DNA of 63,997 nt, the filler included, from Folioceros fuciformis (taxonomy: Eukaryota): NCBI GenBank assembly GCA_049999805.1. It is 8 parts of 8 records of this genome, joined end to end, with 100 filler letters (N's around TTAATTAATTAA, not from the genome) between each part and the next. Parts side by side here need not be neighbours in the genome. Positions count along the whole stretch, not along the records: positions 1 to 29,212 come from JBNGIO010006317.1; 7 more parts are not named here. One strand, written 5' to 3'. This document shows, in pieces, positions 1 through 13,239 of the stretch (positions are counted from its first letter, which is position 1; each line of letters starts with the position of its first letter). Both the position numbers and the translations under genes were made by a program. Below the pieces are notes generated by a model, which was not told the origin of the DNA, did not search any database, and saw only the letters and a list, made by a program, of their open reading frames with translations.

Positions 1-28
1 CAAGGAGTCAATCTTGAGCACATTATTC

Positions 29-1168
29 CTACCATGTGTCAAAAAGGTCTGAAGTATGAACGGGGGGTCTGAATCCCCAAACAAAACGACCGATCAGCAG
101 TGAGTGGACTTGTGAAACACAAATGCAACATTGAGCCCGCATCCATATATCCACACTAATATTGTCATCCGTCATCCTGATGATGTTTCCACATTGTACT
201 TTGCAAGTCAATGGCAAGATTGTCAATGTCTATACGTGTTAAGAAATCATCTTTAATGTGGACATACTGTGACTCATGCTCCAAGCTTGTTGAAAGCCCA
301 CAACATTTCGCCTGCACCTGCTCTTGGTGTTGTCTAAGAATCTCTAACACAGAAACATTACACAGTAAACCATGTTTCACCCATGCCTTCTTGTAAGCAC
401 TCAAGTGAGGAGCGATGACATCTCTTGGCATGCCTACATACTTTGGGCCATGACACACTCTTCCAGAAACATCCACTTGCATAGTTTCATATTGGAACTG
501 TGTAATGGCAAATGAAGCTTGACAATCGTGTTTGATGCTTTCCCGTTAGCAATCCGAGACCGTCTATGCTTCTTCTCACCCTCCATAGTAATAGTATACG
601 TGGTGGAGGCATGGGAATATTCCGCAAGTCCTCTGGCCCATATCCACACCACTAATTGCAAGCAAAACACTGAAGATGAAATTTTTCATTGATACCAACA
701 AGCAGAAAGTAAACAGATTGAATCCTCAGGGTCCATACATACTGTGTTGTGACAATGGCTGCATCTAGCTTTAGACTGTTGAAGTATTGGTGGCCGGCCC
801 ACTACGAGATGCCTTTTAATAATTTGTAGGAGAATGTAGCAATTCATGCCCTCTATGAAATCCTGCACTTTGGTCCAAGGGATGTAAGCTAGCTTTCGTA
901 GTTTGTCTTGGCCAAGATGAACTGTGGTCCAAGGGATGTAAGCTAGCTGTCGTAGNNNNNNNNNNTTGTCCTGGCCAAGATGAACTGTGGTCCAAGGGAT
1001 GTAAGCTAGCTGCCGTTGTTTGCCTTGGCCAGGACAAGATGGATGCTTGTATGAGGATTGTTGCCATTCCAAGTCATTGAAAGAAAGTTTCCCTCCACCA
1101 GGCCTTTGAACTGCAATAGGACAATGCACTGCAAGCTCATCCATTGCTGGAGCATGATCAGTATACAT
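29..1168 (-). mobile_element. Degenerate Mutator-like (MULE/SWIM zinc-finger family) transposase N-terminal fragment, running off the window start
   Basis: Frameshifted pieces VQRPGGGKLSFNDLEW...LAYIPWTKVQDFIEG, YGPED, VDVSGRVCHGP...APHLS...NVSVLEILRQH...DDFLTRIDIDN and DDNISVDIWM occur in the same order as motifs I recall from plant SWIM-zinc-finger/MULE-derived proteins; multiple stops and frameshifts. Confidence 0.6.
871..1030. repeat. 54-bp tandem repeat (~3 copies, 10-N gap) inside the MULE-like ORF
   Basis: tggtccaagggatgtaagctagct recurs at 871, 925 and ~988; it encodes LRQLAYIPWTTVHLGQD on the minus strand. Confidence 0.85.
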
Positions 1169-1518
1169 GCATCTCCCCAGCCTTTGGTCTTTCTTTCAAC
1201 GATAATCGTGTGCGGTGCTTTGAGCAGAGCGCTCTCTCCGCTCTCGTTCTCAACTGAAACAAATAAAGGGTGAGTAGTATGGCCGCGAGAATTGCCACGA
1301 CAATCAGGGCAACAGGAACTTGAATTAGTTTCCCATCATTCCCGGTAGCTCGGTTGCGGGTTGGCACGGATAAGAGAGAGGAGTAGGGGAGAGGAAGGCC
1401 ATGCTCATGGCATGACATGTCATGTCATGTCATGTCGGTTCACCAGGCCGTACCGTGGCGAATCGATATTTAGGCCTAGCGAGTACTTTTGGCCTCCTGC
1501 CCTCTAAAGATTGGAGTA

Positions 1519-1835
1519 ATGGATCCATCTCTTTTTCTATAATAGAAAATACTTCTTCTCTTAAGATGTCAAATACTTCTTCTCTTAAGATGTCATGATT
1601 GAAGATAGTTAAGTCTTTGTCGAATGGATCCCAAAATAAATGGATCCATCTCTTTTTCTGTAATAGAAAATACTTCTTCTCTTAAGATGTCGTGATTGGA
1701 GATAGTTAAGTCTTTGCTAAACGAATCGTGAAATAGATGGATCCATGTCTTTTTCTATAATAGAAAACACTTCTTCTCTTAAGATGTCATGATTGGAGAT
1801 AGTTAAGTCTTTGTCGAAGGGAACGTGAAATAAGG
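1519..1835. repeat. ~98-bp AT-rich tandem repeat, 3 copies, upstream of DDB1
   Basis: atggatccat(c/g)tctttttct(a/g)taatagaaaa(t/c)acttcttctcttaagatgtc...gatagttaagtctttg at ~1519, ~1640 and ~1737; the first copy has an extra internal ~24-bp duplication. Confidence 0.9.
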
Positions 1836-2169
1836 TGGAAGTTTATAACTATAGAGTCATCAATCATTGGAAGGGCTCAATTAGGAGCTCGGCTATGCGG
1901 CTTGCTTAGCTTACTTTAATTTACTGAAGGTTTAATATTAATTTTTTAAAAAATCCATGTATAATGTCAATCAAAGAGGAAAAAAAAAAAAGCAAACGAT
2001 TAACTTTTTCTGCTGTGTTGTTAGATGCTGTCCGCAAGAAGCTGAGCTGGTCCGGGGTTCCTCTGCGTTCGACTAGGAATCCCGCAAATCTGTTGGCTCT
2101 GAAGCTGCTAGAGCATGTGCGTAGGGTTACCAGGCGCTGAGAATCAGCAGGACCCACAGATTTTCCGCC

Positions 2170-5100
2170 ATGAGTGTGTTCAATTACGTGGTCACTGCGC
2201 ACAAGCCCACAAACGTCACGCACTCGTGCGTTGGCAACTTCACCAGCCCCAACGAGCTCAACCTCATCATTGCGTATCCTGTCCCCTTGTTGTGCTTCTG
2301 TGTCTGGTTTGGTTCTCACTGTAACGTGATGGAAGCCGGGAAGCTAGAACTCGGTGTAGGCAAACAGGAGTAGGTTGAATTCATCTTTGGCTGCAGTGAA
2401 CTGAGGGAGGTGTATGAGACTGGAGGGTCTAGCTGCTGACGACGAGATTAGGGTTTAAGTGTTACCACAGTAGTGTAGTACAGTGGCAAATTCATTGCTT
2501 CCAGGGCTGCTAGCTAGCAGGTTGGTGTAGTCAATTAGGGGTAGGTTGAAGTCGTCTATGGCTGCATTACACTGGGGGAGTCAGGACGGGTCTAGCTGTG
2601 CTGCACGTCATTAGGGTTCGATGGGAACTAAAAAAGGGTTGCAGTTGAGGGTTGTAGAGGTGGTATTTGTTCATAGCTTGAAATGCAGGTTTTGGCAGTC
2701 TGTAAATTGGGTCCACATGGGGCTTCAGCCAGGTCACTTGCATTCTGATTAATTTAGAAGGATGCACCTGGCTAGCGCTGTGTTGAACTATAAGTCAATT
2801 TGTGAGCTGAACGTGGATCTAGGCGATGGTAGCAGTTGTGGATCCTTAACCTTTCTGCTGCAGAAAATGCACTCGTATAGAGATCCATCTCCTTACATCT
2901 CAAGGATTGCAGGTATGTGGGGTTAGGCTCTGAGGCCTCAACTTGTTCTTGTGTGTGCCTTGGTATTGGCAACCTGAGATTTGTTTCGCATGATGTACTG
3001 TCACTTCTTGTTTGAGGTCATTTTTCCTGTGTGCTCGTCTGCAGCCCATGCTTGACGTTCCAATCTATGGGCGGATTGCCACACTTGAACTCTTTCGGCC
3101 TCCGGTTCGTCCAGCACACTTCTGTTGTACTTCAGAACCAAGTTCATGATAGTATTCAGAGGTGCCTGTGTTTCCTTGACTGCTTGGATTGGGAACCTAA
3201 TGTGTGGATGATTTCAGAATGAATTCCAAGATGTTTTGTTCATATCTACAGAACGATACAAGTTCTGTGTTCTCAGCTGGGATTCGGAAAACAGTGAACT
3301 TGTCACCAAGTAATATGGCCCAGAACTCCAGCTGTCCTTAAGTTTCTGGTTTCCACCATTCTTACGTCTTTGCAAAAGGTCGTATGGGAAATTGGATGCA
3401 AGTTGATGTGATGATATTCTTGTTGCAGAGCCATGGGGGATGTTTCTGACAGAATAGGGCGTCCTGCAGACAATGGACCGGTAAATTCGTCGGCATATGG
3501 TACAATGTTTGACAGCGGTTCTCTATGATGTGGCACTGATCTCTGTGGCAGGCGTTGAATGCAGATTGGTATTGTTGATCCAGATTGCAGACTGATTGGG
3601 CTACATCTTTATGACTCGCTGTTTAAGGTCCGATTATGTTCTTGCAATTGGCCTACTGTTTGGACCTCCTTCGTAGAAACTGAGTCTGAAGCTTAGCTAC
3701 AGCGCTAGCTAAACTTAAACCTTGCAATCCTCTGAAAGAAGCATAATTCAGACCATGGCGTAGCAGGAATTCTACCAGTCTTTCTCAAATACTGCTCGTG
3801 TTTTGGTTCTCAGCAGGAGACGTGTCTGAAGGTTGTTTTGATACATGAGCGTGTTGGAATTATGGCAGGTCATCCCAATTGATCCCAAGGGGCACCTGAA
3901 GGAAGCTTTCAACATCAGGTTATTGTTTCACCTCTCTTTCTTGTTCAATGTGTCGCCTAGACGTTGTAGAATGAGCAGGTGTGGAGATCTGCGACCTGAG
4001 GTGATGCATCTTTGGCTAGATTCCCATCAAGATGTCCCATGGCGTTATCAAACTTGGTCAGCAATGTAGGGACATTTTTGCAGAACAATCACGCCTCAAT
4101 TCTCGCTGCAGGCTGGAGGAACTGCAAGTTCTGGACATCAAGTTTCTGTATGGGTGTCCAAAGCCGACAATAGCTGTCTTATACCAGGCATGCCTCTTCT
4201 TTTGTTGCTTTGAGTGCCATCTTGATTGAAATTTTCTTTAAGAAGCCCAGACAAACTGTGACAGTAAGAGGAAAACATTTGCCCAAGAATGCATGCGTAA
4301 GATGCTTGCCTGGGCTTGCAGGATAACAAGGATGCTCGTCATGTGAAAACTTATGAGGTGCTACTGAAGGAGAAGGACTTTGGAGACGGCCCGTGGTCGC
4401 AGACCAACTTAGATAATGGTGCTAGTTTACTGATTCCTGTGCCTCTTCCCCTTGGAGGAGCGATCATCATTGGGGAAGAAACTATTGTTTACTACAATGG
4501 AAAGGTCTTCAAAGCAATCCCAATTCGGCCGGTAATACAATCAGGTTCAAGAGTTCCCACGGGTTGTTTGGTGATTGCTTAAAAGTGTGATTAGGTAGGA
4601 CACTGCAATGTTATGCATGCCCGGCGGACTTTCTTCTCGATTTATGCTGTAAGATTTGCCAGGGTACCCCTCTAAGCCTGTACTTTCGTACTTCAGTCAA
4701 TCACGAAGGCGTATGGGAGAGTTGATTTGGATGGCTCGCGCTACCTTTTAAGCGACTACAATGGCATGCTTCATCTTCTTGTGATAACTCACGAGAATGA
4801 AAAGTAATTAATCAAACAACATTCAGGTTGAGATTGTTGTAACTGGGATTGAGTTGCCAGTCACAGGTTCCGTTTCATCTGCCAGGGTGCAGGGATTGAA
4901 GGTGGAGCCCCTGGGAGAAACGTCTGCTGCCTCAACGTTAGCATACCTTGACAACGGAGTTGTCTATGTGGGTTCCAGTTATGGAGACTCTCAGGTCAGT
5001 GTTCCTCGTGCTTTTGAAATTGTCACTCTCTCTGCATATTGTTGCTGAAATGTTTGATCTGTTTTGACGCTACCTTGTTGTAGCACAAGAGGGGCTGTGA

Positions 5101-8100
5101 TTGATCGGGCACCAGTATGCTGTTGCATAGTGTTATCCGTACCTGTACTTCTCTAATAATATTGCTGTTCTTGCAGCTGATAAGATTGAACTCGCACACA
5201 GACACGAAAGGGTCCTATGTGGAGGTCCTGGAGAGCTTTGTAAATCTTGGACCTATAGTAGACTTGTGTGTAGTAGACCTGGAGCGGCAGGGTCAGGGCC
5301 AAGTGGTCACATGTTCTGGAGCATTTAAGGATGGCTCTCTCCGGATTGTCCGGAATGGCATTGGCATTAATGAGCAGGTGAGAGATCTCGTATCAAGTCA
5401 TGATGGTCATCAGGTTTTGGACTGTGATGTACTTGGCTTCTATCCCAATTGCTGATCTCTCAGCAATACAGGCTTCTGCAGAGTTGCAAGGCATTAAGGG
5501 GATGTGGTCATTGCGTGCATCATCAATGGATGCATATGACAAGTTTCTGGTTGTGAGCTTCATAAGTGAAACACGTGTACTAGCGATGAATGACGATGAT
5601 GAACTGGAGGAGACGGAGATTGAAGGCTTTGAGTCTGACGGGCAAACTTTGTTCTGTCACAATGCAATCAATGACCAGCTGATCCAGGTTTGCTTCAGAC
5701 GTAGCACTTCATTTAGCGTTTTGGACAGGCCTTGTTTACTGTTTTAAAAATAGCAAGTCTGTTGCTTGCTTTATGCAAGTGCGCAATTCGTAGCTCGGTT
5801 CTGATTACCCTATACTCACTGTAGGTTACTGCAAGCTCACTTCGGTTAGTAGATGCATCATCTGGAACACTTTTGACAGAGTGGAAGGCTCCTCCAGGAA
5901 TCTCCATAAATGTCGCTACTGCAAATGCTTCGCAGGTTTGTTTTTAAATTTCATTGGACCATCAACTTTGTGTGAGAGGGAACCACTTACATTTTTTGTT
6001 CATGGCAGGTCCTTTTGGCTACAGGTGGTGGGAATCTGGTATATCTCGAAATAGGGTTAAGGACACTCACTCAGTTGCGCCATGTCCAGCTCGAATATGA
6101 AATTTCTTGTCTTGACATCAATCCAGTTGGAGACGATCCTGACAGGAGCCACTTAGCAGCTGTAGGGATGTGGACAGACATCACGGTTCGAATTTTCTCG
6201 CTTCCAAATTTGGAGTTAATAGCCAAAGAAAGCTTAGGAGGAGAGATCATTCCCCGCTCTGTTTTATTCTGTGCATTCGAAGGGGTAAGCCCACTGGTTC
6301 CAGAAGTTGAAGGAGAAATAAGTAATTATTGGAACGTAGTCGTCAGTTTTTCGTACCATGTTGAAGCTGGACAGGTGCTCACCATCTTTCTTGATGTTTT
6401 GCCAGATACCTTATTTACTATGTGCGCTAGGGGATGGTCATCTCTTCAATTTTGTGCTGGACATCCAGAGTGGTTTTCTAACTGATCGAAAGAAAATTTC
6501 TCTTGGCACTCAGCCAATTACTCTGCGGACTTTCCGGTCGAAGAATGCTACGCATGTGTTTGCGGCCTCAGATCGTCCAACAGTAATTTACAGCAGTAAC
6601 CGCAAACTGCTCTACAGCAATGTCAATCTGAAGGAAGTAAACCATATGTGTCCATTTAACTCCGCTCCTTTTCCAGACAGGTGATTCCTGACACATCCTC
6701 ATGCCTTGCTGCTCACATGGTCTTGAAAATCTTGCGATACTGAACATGCATTGTTGTGCTGTCGTGATGATGTGTGTGTTTCACGGGGCTGCTGCGATTT
6801 CCATTTCTGCAATCCACGCAGCTTGGCGATTGGAAAGGAAGGTGCACTCACAATTGGAACCATTGACGACATACAGAAGCTTCACATTCGAACTGTTCCT
6901 CTTGGAGAGCACCCTCGCAGGATTTGTCATGAGGAGCATTCTCGAACTTTTGGTATTTGCAGCGCAAAATACTCACAAAGTGCTTCTAATGAGGACATGG
7001 AGACACATTACGTCAGGCTAATCGATGACCAGACGTTTGAGATTATTGGCTCGTACACTCTTGACGCCTATGAGAATGGATGCTCGATCATTACCTGCAC
7101 ATTCAGTGATGATCCCAGTGTCTACTACTGTGTGGGCACTGCATATGCCCTCCCCGAAGAAAATGAGCCTAGTAAGGTAAGGGCCGAGGTATAGAATTGA
7201 ACTGGGCTGAAACATGTACGGTGCTCACGTATGAAAACTTCTGCTTTCTGTTACCGTCTTGCAGGGAAGGATTCTTGTGTTTGTGGTAGAAGAGGGGAAG
7301 CTGCAGTTAATTACTGAAAAGGAGACCAAGGGAGCAGTCTACAATCTGAATGCTTTCAATGGGAAGTTGCTAGCTGGTATTAATCAAAAGATTCAGCTGT
7401 ACAAGTGGACTGTAAGGGACGATGGATCACGCGAGCTGCAGGTTGAGTGTGGACATCATGGTCACATATTGGCACTTTTTGTTCAGTCACGGGGAGACTT
7501 TGTGGTAGTTGGTGATCTTATGAAATCCATTTCTCTTCTGATCTACAAGGTGAGATGTTGTCTGCTGGAAGCCGCTCCGGAGCATACCCAATAGTCTTGT
7601 GGTTTCCCGTTTGTTTTGTTGTCTGCTGGTGTCGGTATTGACACAGCGTTGCACTGTTCATAGCCTGAAGAGGGAGCAATAGAGGAGCGCGCTCGAGATT
7701 ATAATGCCAATTGGATGACGGCCACTGAAATTCTTGATGATGACACCTTTCTTGGAGCCGAGAATAGCTTTAACTTGTTCACTGTGAGGAAGAACAGTGA
7801 TGCTGCCACAGATGAAGAACGGGGGAGGCTAGAGGTAGTTGGCGAGTACCATCTTGGGGAGATGGTGAATCGCTTCCGGCATGGATCCTTGGTGATGCGG
7901 TTACCTGACAGTGAGGCAAGCCAGATTCCCACTGTCATCTTTGGAACCGTCAATGGCGTTATTGGTGTAATTGCCTCTCTCCCACAGGAGCAATACCAAT
8001 TTCTGTTCAAGCTGCAACAAAGCCTTGTGAAGGTAATCAAAGGCGTGGGAGGCCTCAGCCATGAACAGTGGCGATCGTTCAGCAATGAGCGGAAGACTGT

Positions 8101-8245
8101 GGAGGCCAGGAACTTCTTAGATGGTGATTTGATTGAATCCTTTCTCGACCTGAATCGTAACAGAATGGAAGAGATAGCAAGCTCGTTGGATGTCTCCGTT
8201 GAGGAGCTATGCAAAAGAGTAGAGGAGCTCACGAGACTGCACTAG
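2170..8245 (+). CDS. DDB1: DNA damage-binding protein 1 (CUL4 E3 ligase adaptor), 19 exons, apparently intact
   Basis: Spliced translation [46 protein letters not shown]...[12 protein letters not shown]...[13 protein letters not shown]...[14 protein letters not shown]...VEELTRLH* matches plant DDB1. Approximate exons: 2170-2273, 2864-2912, 3045-3104, 3218-3309, 3429-3480, 3565-3627, 3869-3918, 4112-4187, 4322-4531, 4697-4803, 4886-4994, 5177-5377, 5472-5687, 5825-5935, 6009-6284, 6407-6680, 6822-7176, 7265-7549, 7664-8245. Confidence 0.97.
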
Positions 8246-8463
8246 GATATTGACAATGAACCCCAAGGCCATCACGTCTGTGTATACTACCTGAGTCTTG
8301 TTTAATCCATGCTTTCTCCTGTTTTCCTCTGCGAAACCTAGAGATGTATGACTGCATCTTTCCACTAGTCCGCAGGCGCAAATTGCAGAGATAGCTTGCC
8401 AACACCGAACAGACAATATAGAAGTCTTCGGATTTGTGCGACCAAGCGGAACCCTGTGCCTGT

Positions 8464-8646
8464 TGGTCCGACCAGGACGGAGACTCGAGGAACCAATGTG
8501 CGCAAATGGTCCGATCAGGAAGAAGGCTCGAGGAACCCATGTGCACAATTGGTCCGACCAGGAAGNNNNNNNNNNGAAGAAGGCTCGAGGAACCCATGTG
8601 CACAATTGGTCCGACCAGGAAGGAGACGTAAGGAACCCATGTGCTG
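8464..8646. repeat. 43-bp minisatellite downstream of DDB1 (4-5 copies, 10-N gap)
   Basis: Unit ggtccgaccaggaagaaggctcgaggaacccatgtgcacaatt at ~8465, 8508, 8551 and 8608. Confidence 0.9.
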
Positions 8647-9429
8647 AATAGGTCCGTGGAGAGTTGGGTGGGTTCGCCGGCTGGTTCGACCCCTTAAAAA
8701 TTGTCCTTTCTTCTTAACCTCTTAAAACTTGTTTCACACATAGCTATTCATTGTTACAACTAGCAAACTGATCTTTTACTAAGAGGCCTTGCAAGATTTG
8801 CCGCCAGGCATATTTCTTTACAAGGCTGCCTTACAAAGATAATCGAGGTTGATGGAAGCAAGGTTATCACAGTGCTCAATATAAGTGTGATGGAGGTTAG
8901 AAAAAAAGTGGCAAATCAAGGATTCATAATGCAATATGCTAATTGGTTGCCCAACTCTTTGTTGCTCCTCTGAAGAATACAACAATCCCAAGACATATGT
9001 TAATGGGATTGGCCATCTCTTTCTAGGATTGAAGGGTTCTTTACAGGGTTTCATTGCCCTATCGAGGGTGTTGGCCAATGCATTGCACAAGAAATTAGTT
9101 GGCCAACGCACTACAAAAGAACTTAATTAGTGTATCACATGCAATTTCTTTGGCAACTATGATTTACACACCTTTTTGTATCCCTTAGCACCAATTTCTT
9201 GAAACAATTTGTAGTTTCATGACATTTGTTGGCAAAGATCAATCCTCCTATCACAATGTCTTTTTTTTCCCAGTGTGGATGCATTCTTTTCCATCTCCTT
9301 TTGGAAGGCAATGGATTCTTTCTCATTTCAAGAGAGCTGTGAGCAATGCAAGGTGAGCAAGTAGAGGGCCCTTAGCGAGTCACAAGGCAAGCGGCATAAG
9401 CATTTAGCAAAAAGAGCAAGGACGCTTTA

Positions 9430-9778
9430 GCAACAAGAGCAGGGACGCAAGCAAGCGATGCGAGTAGTGAGCAAGAAGCGATGCGAGTAGTGAGCAAGAA
9501 GTAGAGAGGCAACTGTAGGCTATGCAAGTAATGAGTGAGAAGTAAGGAGGCAACAAGAGCAGGGACACAAGCAAGCGATGTGAGTAGTGAGCAAGAAGTA
9601 GGGAGGCAATTGTAGGCTATTCAAGTAATGAGTAAGAAGTAGGGAGGCAATTGTAGGCTATGAGCAAGCCAAGCGAGTAGTGAGCAAGAAGTAGGGAAGC
9701 AACTGTAGGCTATGCAAGTAGTGAGTAAGACTATGCAAGTAGTGAGTAAGAAGTAGGGAGGCAATTGTAGGCTATGGG
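9430..9778. repeat. Purine-rich degenerate tandem repeat (~43-bp unit)
   Basis: Recurrent gagtagtgagcaagaagtagggaggcaa(c/t)tgtaggctatgcaa. Confidence 0.8.
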
Positions 9779-10213
9779 CAGGGAGACATTCTACAACCGA
9801 TACGATACCTTTGTAAGGATTTTTCCAAGTTTATCAAGGACTGTGTCAAGCATATCACAATCCTAGGAATAGAATTGGACTCCACCATTCTTGCATTGTT
9901 ACTTTCCTCTTGCACAGTGTTTTATTGCTATGCAAAGCACTTTGACCAAAGTAGGGTTTCATTGCTCTACAAAGCAATTTGACCAAAGTAGGGTTTCACT
10001 GCTCTACAAAGCACTTCAACCAAAGCAGTACATACGATAACATTAAGAATCAAAGAGATGGTATCTTTTAAACAAGTAGCAAGTGAGAATTATTATATTC
10101 TAGACCACATTAAGACCTTATGCGATGGCATTAAGCATCAAAGATATGATATCTTTTACAGAGGTAGTAGGTGTGAAATTATTATATTCTAGACTAGATC
10201 GATACGTTACACG

Positions 10214-13200
10214 TGTAGGGTTATTAAAGCCCACATTAGTCTAATTAGACTAATGTGGTTAGTCTAAGATTAGTGTCTAATTAAGTATCATTAGTTTAGA
10301 TTAGCTTAAGCTAATCTTTAGGAAGCTTCCTGCATAGCTTCCTGTGAGCTTCTTGTGAAGCTTCCTTGGGAGCTTTTCTACAGGGTATAAATACCCTCTT
10401 GAGCTCCCTTTGCAATAGAGCAGTGAGAGACATTGTGAGACCTCTCTTTCTCCTCTCCTCCTCTCTTCCTCTCCTCTCCTCTCCTCTTCTCCTTCATCAT
10501 GTGGCTCCCTTTCCGATCCTTCAATTGGTATTAGAGCGAGGTTGTGGAGCTAGGACTGTGGAGTAGAGGGTGATGGCAAGTGCTGTGGACGACGTGCACC
10601 GAGGCATGAGGAAGGCTCCGAAGTGAAGGCAGAATTCGGTGGCCGTTTGAGGCCACCTGCTGCCCGGAGTGCAGGAGGCTCCAGCCGTGCCTTGCTCAGG
10701 CTGTGGCAGCAATAGCGGCATCGCGAGGCGCCGTGGGTGCCAGGCCGTGGGCGCAGGCGATGTGAGCGCACCGGAGCGCCGTAGCAAGCGCTGGCGCAAG
10801 GCGCTAGACCGCGGGGGCGCCGCCACGGGCATAGTGGGCTCGGACACCGTGGGCACCGCCAGCACCAGTCGTGAACGTGGGTGTCGTGCGCAATAGGTTA
10901 GGACGTGGGCGTGGGCAAATTCAGTCGGGAGCGACCGAATTCCGACCGCAGACGGTCAAGTTAATCTTGCAACGCCAAGAGGGCCAGAATCGGACTTGGG
11001 CCCATCGTGTCGGGCTAAATTGTGGACAGTCGTGAGGGTAACTTTCAGAATCTATATTACATTTTCAATCGTTTTCTAACTAGCCTTTTTACTTGATTTG
11101 TATCGATTTTGAAATATGGCATTCTCAGAAAATGTCATGTTCAACATAGAGAAGTTAGATGGTACTAACTTCTCGTTCTGGAAAGAACAAGTCTACAATG
11201 TTCTAGTGCAAAAGAAGCAGATCAAGCCGATAAAGTTGCTAGGAGTGAAACTCGTTAGCTGGTTCGGTTGCTTAGGGGTAAGAAGGCGTTGCCATGCAAA
11301 TGGGTGTATAAGATGAAGGACATACCCCATTATGGCAAACCCAAGTACAAGGCAAATTGGTTGCTAAGGGTTTTAAGCAACAACAAGGTATTGACTTTGA
11401 TGAGATTTTCTCACCAGTTGTCAAAATGACCACCTTGCGATGTGTTCTTGGTCTGGTTGCGAGGCTCGACATGGAACTTGTTCAGATAGATGTGAAGTCG
11501 GCATTTTTGCATGGTGATCCCCAGGAAGAGGTATACATGCAGCAACCAAAGGGTTTCATTGAGAAGGGCAAAGAGAATCTGGTGTGCAGGTTAAAGAAGA
11601 GCCTTTATGGTTTGAAGCAGGCACCCAAGGAGTGGTATTTCAAGTTCTACTCATTTATGCTTTCTCAAGGCTACAAACAAGCGATGAGGATCATTGCCTC
11701 TATACGAAGCAAGCTAAGGATAGAAGCTTGCTCATTCTGGTCCTCTATGTGGATGATATGCTAATTGCTGGGACTAACAGTGATGAGATTTCAGCGTTGA
11801 AGTCAAAGTTGAATGGTCGCTTTGACATGACAGACTTGGGAGAGGCAAGCCATATTCTTGGCATGCGTATTCGTCAAGACAAACAGAAGCGTTTGTTATA
11901 CTTGTCTCAGACTGAATACATTAACAAGGTGCTTCAACGTTTCAATATGGAGAAGGGGAAGGTCTTAAGTACTCCGTTGCCTCCATATGTGAAACTTTCA
12001 AGCAAGGATTGCCCAAGTTCTACGGAGGATAAAGCTGAAATGGAGAAGGTTCCATACTCATCAACTGTAGGGAGTTTGATGTATGCAATGATTGCTACAC
12101 GTCTTGACATTGCTTTTGCAGTGGGAGTGGTTAGCAGGTTCATGTCAAACCCTGGCAGAAAGCATTGGGAGGCAGTGAAAGGAGTCATGAGGTACTTGAA
12201 TGGTACAAAAGCTTTGTGCATATGTTTCGGTAGTGAAGATTCATCTGTCGTGGGATATACAGATGCTGATTATGCAGGGGATATGGACGAAAGGAGGTCC
12301 ACATCAGGTTATATCTTCATGTGCATAGGAGGGGCAGTCTCATGGCGATCTCGTTTGCAATCATGCATAACGCTATCTACCACAGAGGCCGAGTATGTTT
12401 CAGCGACTGAGGCATGCAAGGAAGCCATGTGACTTGCTCGTCTAGTGGGAGATTTAGGGATCAAGGTTGCGCTGCCAGTGTTGCATTGTGATAGCCAGAG
12501 TGCTATCCAATTGGCTAAGAATCCAATGTTTCATGTGAAGACCAAACATGTGGAAGTGAAGTATTACTTCATTCGAGAGCTGTTGGAAGACAAGAGGGTA
12601 TAGCTTGTCAAAGTTCACACCANNNNNNNNNNNNNNNNNNNNNNNNNNNNNNNNNNNNNNNNNNNNNNNNNNNNNNNNNNNNNNNNNNNNNNNNNNNNNN
12701 NNNNNNNNNNNNNNNNNNNNNNCGCACAAGCTCGAACACTCATGGGCATGAGGTAGACCACTCTTCTATGAAGGTAAATTGGCCTTTAAGTGGGAGGTTG
12801 TAGGGTTATTAAAGCCCAATGTGCTTAGACTAATGTGATTAGTCTACTTAAACTAATGTGATTAGTCTACTTAAACTAATGTGATTAGTCTACTTAAACT
12901 AATGTGATTAGTCTACTTAAACTAATGTGATTAGTCTACTTAAACTAATGTGATTAGTCTAATTAAACTAATCACATTAGTTTAATTAGACTAATGTAAT
13001 TAATCTAAGATTAGTGTTTAATTAAGTATCATTAGTTTAGATTAGCTTAAGCTAATCTTTAGGAAGCTTCCTGTATAGCTTCCTGTAAGCTTCCTTGGGA
13101 GCTTTTCTAGAGGGTATAAATACCTTCTTGAGCTCCCTTTGCAATAGAGCAGTGAGAGACACTGTGAGACCTCTCTGTCTCCTCTCCTCCTCTCTTCCTC

Positions 13201-13239
13201 TCCTCTCCTTCATCATGTGGCTCCCTTTCCGATCCTTCA
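10214..13239 (+). mobile_element. Internally deleted, non-autonomous Ty1/Copia LTR retrotransposon with both LTRs
   Basis: LTRs TGTAGGGTTATTAAAGCCC...CCGATCCTTCA at 10214-10523 and 12799-13239; PBS tggtattagagc (tRNA-iMet-like) at ~10526; PPT aagtgggagg before the 3' LTR; TSD acacg/acatg. The gag start (MAFSENVMFNIEKLDGTNFSFWK) joins directly to RT (FSPVVKMTT, LYVDDMLIA) and RNase H (YTDADYAGD...STTEAEY). Confidence 0.93.

Noticed and set aside
7699-8232. Long antisense ORFs over DDB1, GRAS, PPR and pol genes
   Set aside because: Shadow frames of real genes on the opposite strand.
8464-8646. 43-bp repeats as a CRISPR array or miR166-like locus
   Set aside because: Units are contiguous with no unique spacers, there are no cas genes and the context is eukaryotic; only a few bases resemble miR166.
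8700-9330. Possible hAT transposase remnant on the minus strand
   Set aside because: Only faint motif resemblance across many stops; not supportable without a search.
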